Shown here one piece after another: positions 59,011 to 64,000 of a stretch of 64,000 nucleotides of DNA. Every line of letters begins with the position of its first letter. Position 1 is the stretch's first letter. The stretch is from contig NC_057719.1 in assembly GCF_004010195.1 (NCBI RefSeq), forward strand, positions 17,980,476 through 18,044,475. Direction: 5' to 3'. Both the position numbers and the translations under genes were made by a program. Source of the DNA: Chiloscyllium plagiosum. Its lineage: Eukaryota. The notes beneath the pieces are model-generated. The model ran no database searches, was not told the origin of the DNA, and was given only the letters and a program-made list of their open reading frames with translations.

Positions 59011-62000
59011 GTGTTGCAGGGGTTATCTGAGAACAGTCATTTTTGTACTTGTGACTTCTTCTTTTGTAAATGCTTGCTACCCTGCTGACCTTTCTTGTTA
59101 CTCGCATGAGGTCTCTGAGCAACAACATTGACCAGTTTTGTGCCTTTTGTTTAACCTTTGTGTTCCCTTTGAGATCCTTCTCTTTTATCCTTGGCGAGTC
59201 CTCCCAGCCTTAACACTATATCAGAAGAATTAATTATATATTTTTAAACATGATCTTGGCAATTTCCATCATGGCATCATTGCAATCAGTAACATCTTCT
59301 GTTGTGCTGTCCAAAGGATTGGTTGACATTATGACAGCAAGTAGCTGCATATTGCACTGCTGTTAGCCAGTTGGTAAGTGATAGATGTCGGAAATTTGGT
59401 GGTGTTCCCTCAGTTTGGTATGCACATCCTCTCTGCCTACCACCCCCACCTCACGTTTCCATACCCATAAAATGGAGAAAGACCTGAATTTTGCAACCTG
59501 CTTCCTCATAGCATTACAATAAATCCCAGGAACTCCAGCACACTGACAACGTTTATAAATTCCTCTCATAATTTAAAAACACAAGGTTTTGCTTTGTGTG
59601 CAAGTAGAAGCCTGTCTTGTATTTATATGTTTAAAAACAAACTTACATTGAAGTAAATATTAAAAAGAAAATAATGGGCCAGCATCAGTGCAACAGAGTG
59701 GGAGGTAACAAATCTCACTTGGAATTCTGATTTAAATAGGCTGTGTTTACTGCCCCCAAGGAATGAGATGATTCTTGTCTAGCTCATGCAAATGAAATCC
59801 ACCCCTAATAATTTACTTTAATTGGTATTTTTATCAACTGGTTCTATTTAAGTGGTGTTTAGTAATAAACGGACATTATGGGGTATTGGAAGACAGGGAA
59901 GATAATCCTTTACAGCAGGAGGTAATGTACCTTAATTAGCTTTGACGTCGAGAGACACAGACTGACCCACCCTGTACTGTGCTAAGCTGAGTAGCGGTGA
60001 CGACTAATCCCACTGTAAAGATTCATTTGAGCCTAGTAGGATCTCAGGGAGGCTGGAGGAAGTTGCCTTTTGCTTAGCAAAAGGCCAATGTTATTAATGT
60101 TGCAAAATGGTTGTGGGAAGCAGAAACTCAGTTTGATTCTGAAGTGTCCTTATCACAGGACTCTTTCAGTACCTTTGCCAAAATCTCAAAGTACAGGCAC
60201 CCACAAACTGTACTTAAATACAAAACATTCTCAGCCGACACCCCAATGTAAAATTGAACCACAAGAGTCTAGAATTCATCACATAAGGTGAACAGGAATG
60301 GGCTGGTCGGGGTGCTCATTGATAAACTGTCTTTCAAAGTTCAGTTTTCATTCTTCTGTTCAGGTGTGAAATAATAACTTTCTGTTATCTGTACGTGCCA
60401 ATGTCACTGTAAGATATGAATCATGAAAGGATCACTTTGGATTTTTGTCAACCTCTCACAGAAAGCAGGGAACATGAGGAACATGCAACTTAGGATGTTG
60501 TTGTCATTGGCACTTTTTCCAGATCCCTTCCCATTTGAGATGAGCAGACGGTATCCTGAAGACTACTGCTCAGTCACAGGTGCTGCTGCTCAAAGACACC
60601 TCTGTTCCCAATGTCCTAATGGCCAATGTCCTTCATGCTTTTGTCACCTGTGTGCAAATTCTTTATCAGGTTCACATCATGGTGGCCATTGCCAATCCTG
60701 CTTTGTCACAGCACTTACCAAATAGATTTTGCATGATACTTTGTTGAATGTGGTGACCGCTGAGGGAGTGTCATTGTCTAGAGGATCTTTATGGGAGATG
60801 GCCAGATTTTGATAAGATAACAACCCACAATACACAGAATTGCTTTGCCACTGCAGCCTTCTTTTGCCTTCTCAGCCAATGAAATTCCATCTTCTTTTGT
60901 GTGTTCTTTGGACTGCACTTTATGTGGCATCTCCCCAGCCCCCAACTTTGCCAGGGCCCTACTAAGAGCATTCAAGATGGCAATCCTCTCCACCATATTA
61001 AAGTTGTGATCCATGAAGAAGTATCTATGAAGATAATGGATGTGGCTGAGGATGATAGAACTGGTAAGAAACATTAGACAGTACAAAACCTTGAGGTCTC
61101 TGAGAAAAAGAGTAATACGGTAGTGACGAGTGTAATTGTTAAACATTTTATTGTGCAGAGGTTATAATATCATATGGTATAATCTAATATTTCTAGACTG
61201 TTGGTACTTGCCAAATGGACTATAATAATCTTTGTCAGCCCTAAGCATTTTCCTGTTCCACAACTGATTGTATCTTATCATCCCAGCTGGTTAAACTAGC
61301 ATTTAAGGCACCTATGCATTGTATCCTGTGTTTCCAAACTCCAGTTTTAATAACAGAGTCACTCATTGTCAAACTTGCAGCCTTTTGCTGATAATCCCTG
61401 AGTCTGGGAATTTCCTTTATACTCTTGGCAAGCAAAAGACGAACTAAATGTATTTGCATGCTGCTGTGCTGATTGCTGCACTCTGATCAGTTCCAGCTGC
61501 CTTTTCCTTACTGTCTGACATGTGTTCAGCACTTGTTGCATATTTTGGGGATTTCTCAAAATGCAGTAGATGTCACTGAACGTTTCAGACACACTCCTAC
61601 TCTCATTAGAACGCGGAGCCAAGCTGTTTGTGTGTGTTAATGTGGAACATATTCCAGTGAAAGCCTGTAACTGGGCAGGAAGAAGAAGTTGGGAATTGTG
61701 GTCCGGCCGTTTATTAAGGGTTGGATGAGTTTGATTTGGTGGACCAAACGGATGGAAAGTTTACGGAAGCTCTCGGCTATGTGGTAGCTGGACTCGCGCT
61801 TTGATTTTGTTTCAGAAACGCAATTATTGGAATTACATCTGTGAAGTGAAATGAGATATAAATAATCAGACTGTTAATTTTCTGAAAGCAGTAGAGTTTC
61901 CTAAACAGGAATGGAGTTACTCAAAAATATAGTTGGAAGCTACATCTCTGGGGAACTGATTAGATTGGAATTAGAGTGGATTATGGAAGACAACTAGTTC

Positions 62001-62502
62001 CATGATGGGCATGTTAGTTACCACCTCATTTGACCATGAAAGTAAAAAGAAGCTTGGGAAGGTGCAGTTTTAATATTCAGGGAAATGTGTATTTTTAGGC
62101 ATATTTGCATGCGTGTATACATGTTTATGTGTTTACATGTGGACACAAAGGTGTCAGTGAATATGCATGCATGTGCATTTCTCTTAAATATGTGTGTTCA
62201 GATGGATACACCACCATCTCATTCTGAATGCAAGTGTTCACATACATATATTTCAACTTGCTTGCATATAAGTAGCTTTAGTGTATAAAAGGCACACCTG
62301 AGTGTTGTTAGTGCTACAGAATGTTTGGATATGTGAATATTGAAAAATAAAGTCAAAAAATAACGTTGTGTTGTTCTTAAAGGAAATTGTAATTAAGGCA
62401 GTGCAGCAAGTATTGTTATTAGTTTTCATAAGCAGTATTCTCCTTTTTGTTCCAAATTCTATACTGCAAGCAAACATCGAGTGCTTATTGTTTAACTTAC
62501 AG

Positions 62503-62561
62503 GAAGCTACTGTTCCGACAGGCCATCAATATGTACTATTGTTCAAGTATTAAGTCTGTAG
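62503..62561 (+). other. Candidate 59-nt exon (unverified)
   Basis: Acceptor TTATTGTTTAACTTACAG, donor TAG|GTGAGT, one open frame KLLFRQAINMYYCSSIKSV; in repeat-free sequence. Confidence 0.3.
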
Positions 62562-62960
62562 GTGAGTGTATTTGTATGTTGCCCAGAAGCAACTTTTTTT
62601 ATCCGGATTTGCCTAACAACTGCCTAGACTTAAAATTGTTTGAAAAGCCTATTAAAATATTTATTGAAGTAAATAATTTAATTGGTAGTTTTCAGCAAAA
62701 TGCTTTTTTACTCTTGTTGCAAACAACCTTGACACGTTTACTCACAGTCAAAGAAAAGAATACAAAAAGCTCATTCTTCTGAAATCTCAAAAATAATTTG
62801 AGTTTCCTTCAGCTTATTGTCATCATTTACATTTAAAATAATGTTAATTTGTGTTTTATATTTGAGATCAAGTGTCCTTACTCTCTGAATTGGAATTTGA
62901 AGTCCAGACAAAAAAAATTTAAAAGCTTTTAACCAAGCAAAATGGGCACTGACCATGAGG

Positions 62961-63072
62961 CTGAGAGTCAATGAGTGTGTACTGGAAAAGCACAGCCAGT
63001 CAGTCAGGCAGCATCTGAGGAGCAGGACAGTCTACGATTCGGGCAGAAGCCCTTCATTAGGAATGAGGCTTG
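62961..63072 (-). mobile_element. PLE terminal repeat with decayed hammerhead, ~10-bp TSD
   Basis: GACCATGAGG at 62951-62960 and 63073-63082; rc CTAATGA-A-GGGC TTCT GCCC-GAATCGTA. Confidence 0.85.
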
Positions 63073-63561
63073 GACCATGAGGTTGAACAATGTGACACCA
63101 GCCTTACGATTGTATTCAGGCCTTTAGGTCAAATGGCTGGCTTTGGGGCCCACTCCAATCAAAAGCTGACTGCCTTCAGCTTAGACAAATAGAGAATTAA
63201 ATAAAATATATTTCTACAATCTAGAAAGAGATTGAATAGCTATCTCCTTTAAATTGAAGTTATTAGACTTGAGTAAGTACCTTCTTCCAAACAAAGTTAT
63301 TGAATATGTTATTGACTTCAAAGATTGGATGCATACCAACAACATTCAGGTCAATAAAGACTTGTAAATATCTTCCAGAAACCCACACCAACAGAACATA
63401 GACACACACTTTCCTTCAATTTAAAGTAGGGCATACTAAGTATATAACCTTACATTTCTCTTCAATTTAAGCCACCACAAACTGATAGACATTGGTCTCA
63501 GTCTAGGCTAGTGGGATTGCAATTATAACTCCCCAGGCCAGCAAAGTTTAGATATCATATA

Positions 63562-63778
63562 GAGGCAGAAAATACTGAGCAAACCTGTCAGAAGAGAGAG
63601 AGAAAAACAGAGTTAATGTTCCGGGGCTTTGACCCCTGGTCAGAATTGGTTTAAAGAGTCATCAATTTGAAACATGAAATCGCTCTCTCTCTCTGTCTTC
63701 CCACAGGTGCTGCCAGACTAGCTGGTTATTTCCATTATTTCCTGCTTTGATTTCAGATTTCCAGCATCTGCAGCAATT
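63562..63778. mobile_element. Old PLE-derived fold-back insertion
   Basis: AACAGAGTTAATGTT..GACCC..CAGAA then GAAACATG..CACAGGTGCTGCCAGAC..TTCCAGCATCTGCAG. Confidence 0.75.
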
Positions 63779-64000
63779 AATACTAAAAGCTAGATGTATT
63801 CCCTTGTCCTAACCTGGAGCAGCGAGATAAGTCCATCCCCTACTTTCCAATCCCCATGCTGGACTAATAGTATTGTGGCTCAAGGCTTTCTGCTATTGGA
63901 TCTAATAGGCAGGATTCATATAATTTAGACTTGAAGGGATAATGTACACAATATGAACAGCAAGAACAGGATGTAAAGATAATCCTCATAGACAGTCTGG

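Noticed and set aside
59040..61150. Possible decayed DNA transposase on the minus strand
   Set aside because: No recognisable catalytic motif or terminal inverted repeats; cannot support it

Overview
Vertebrate genomic DNA, almost certainly an elasmobranch (shark), judging from HE1-type V-SINEs, CR1 LINEs sharing the HE1 tail, and a DeuSINE remnant. I can identify no host protein-coding gene. The window is intronic or intergenic and dense in retroelements: CR1, a second CR1/L2-group LINE with its partner tRNA-SINE, L2, RTE, and LTR-like pieces. There is one 842-N assembly gap (19657-20498). The dominant unexplained structure is about 25 short Penelope-like element (PLE) terminal-repeat insertions. 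Many are fold-back palindromes with 7-16 bp target-site duplications, and most carry a recognisable, often decayed minimal type-I hammerhead ribozyme (CUGA[A/U]GA-A-helix II-GAAA-palindromic helix III) whose helix II covaries across subfamilies; in some the core has been deleted. A near-complete Neptune-type PLE reverse transcriptase lies at 19520-22187. Highlights: (i) a ~175-bp tandem duplication places two minimal hammerheads head-to-tail, a retrozyme/circRNA-like layout; (ii) a non-autonomous composite retroelement family has two copies, one with an ~800-bp central VNTR (SVA-like architecture); (iii) a CR1 copy contains a templated inverted duplication. All calls are by eye, without database searches, and boundaries of decayed elements are approximate.
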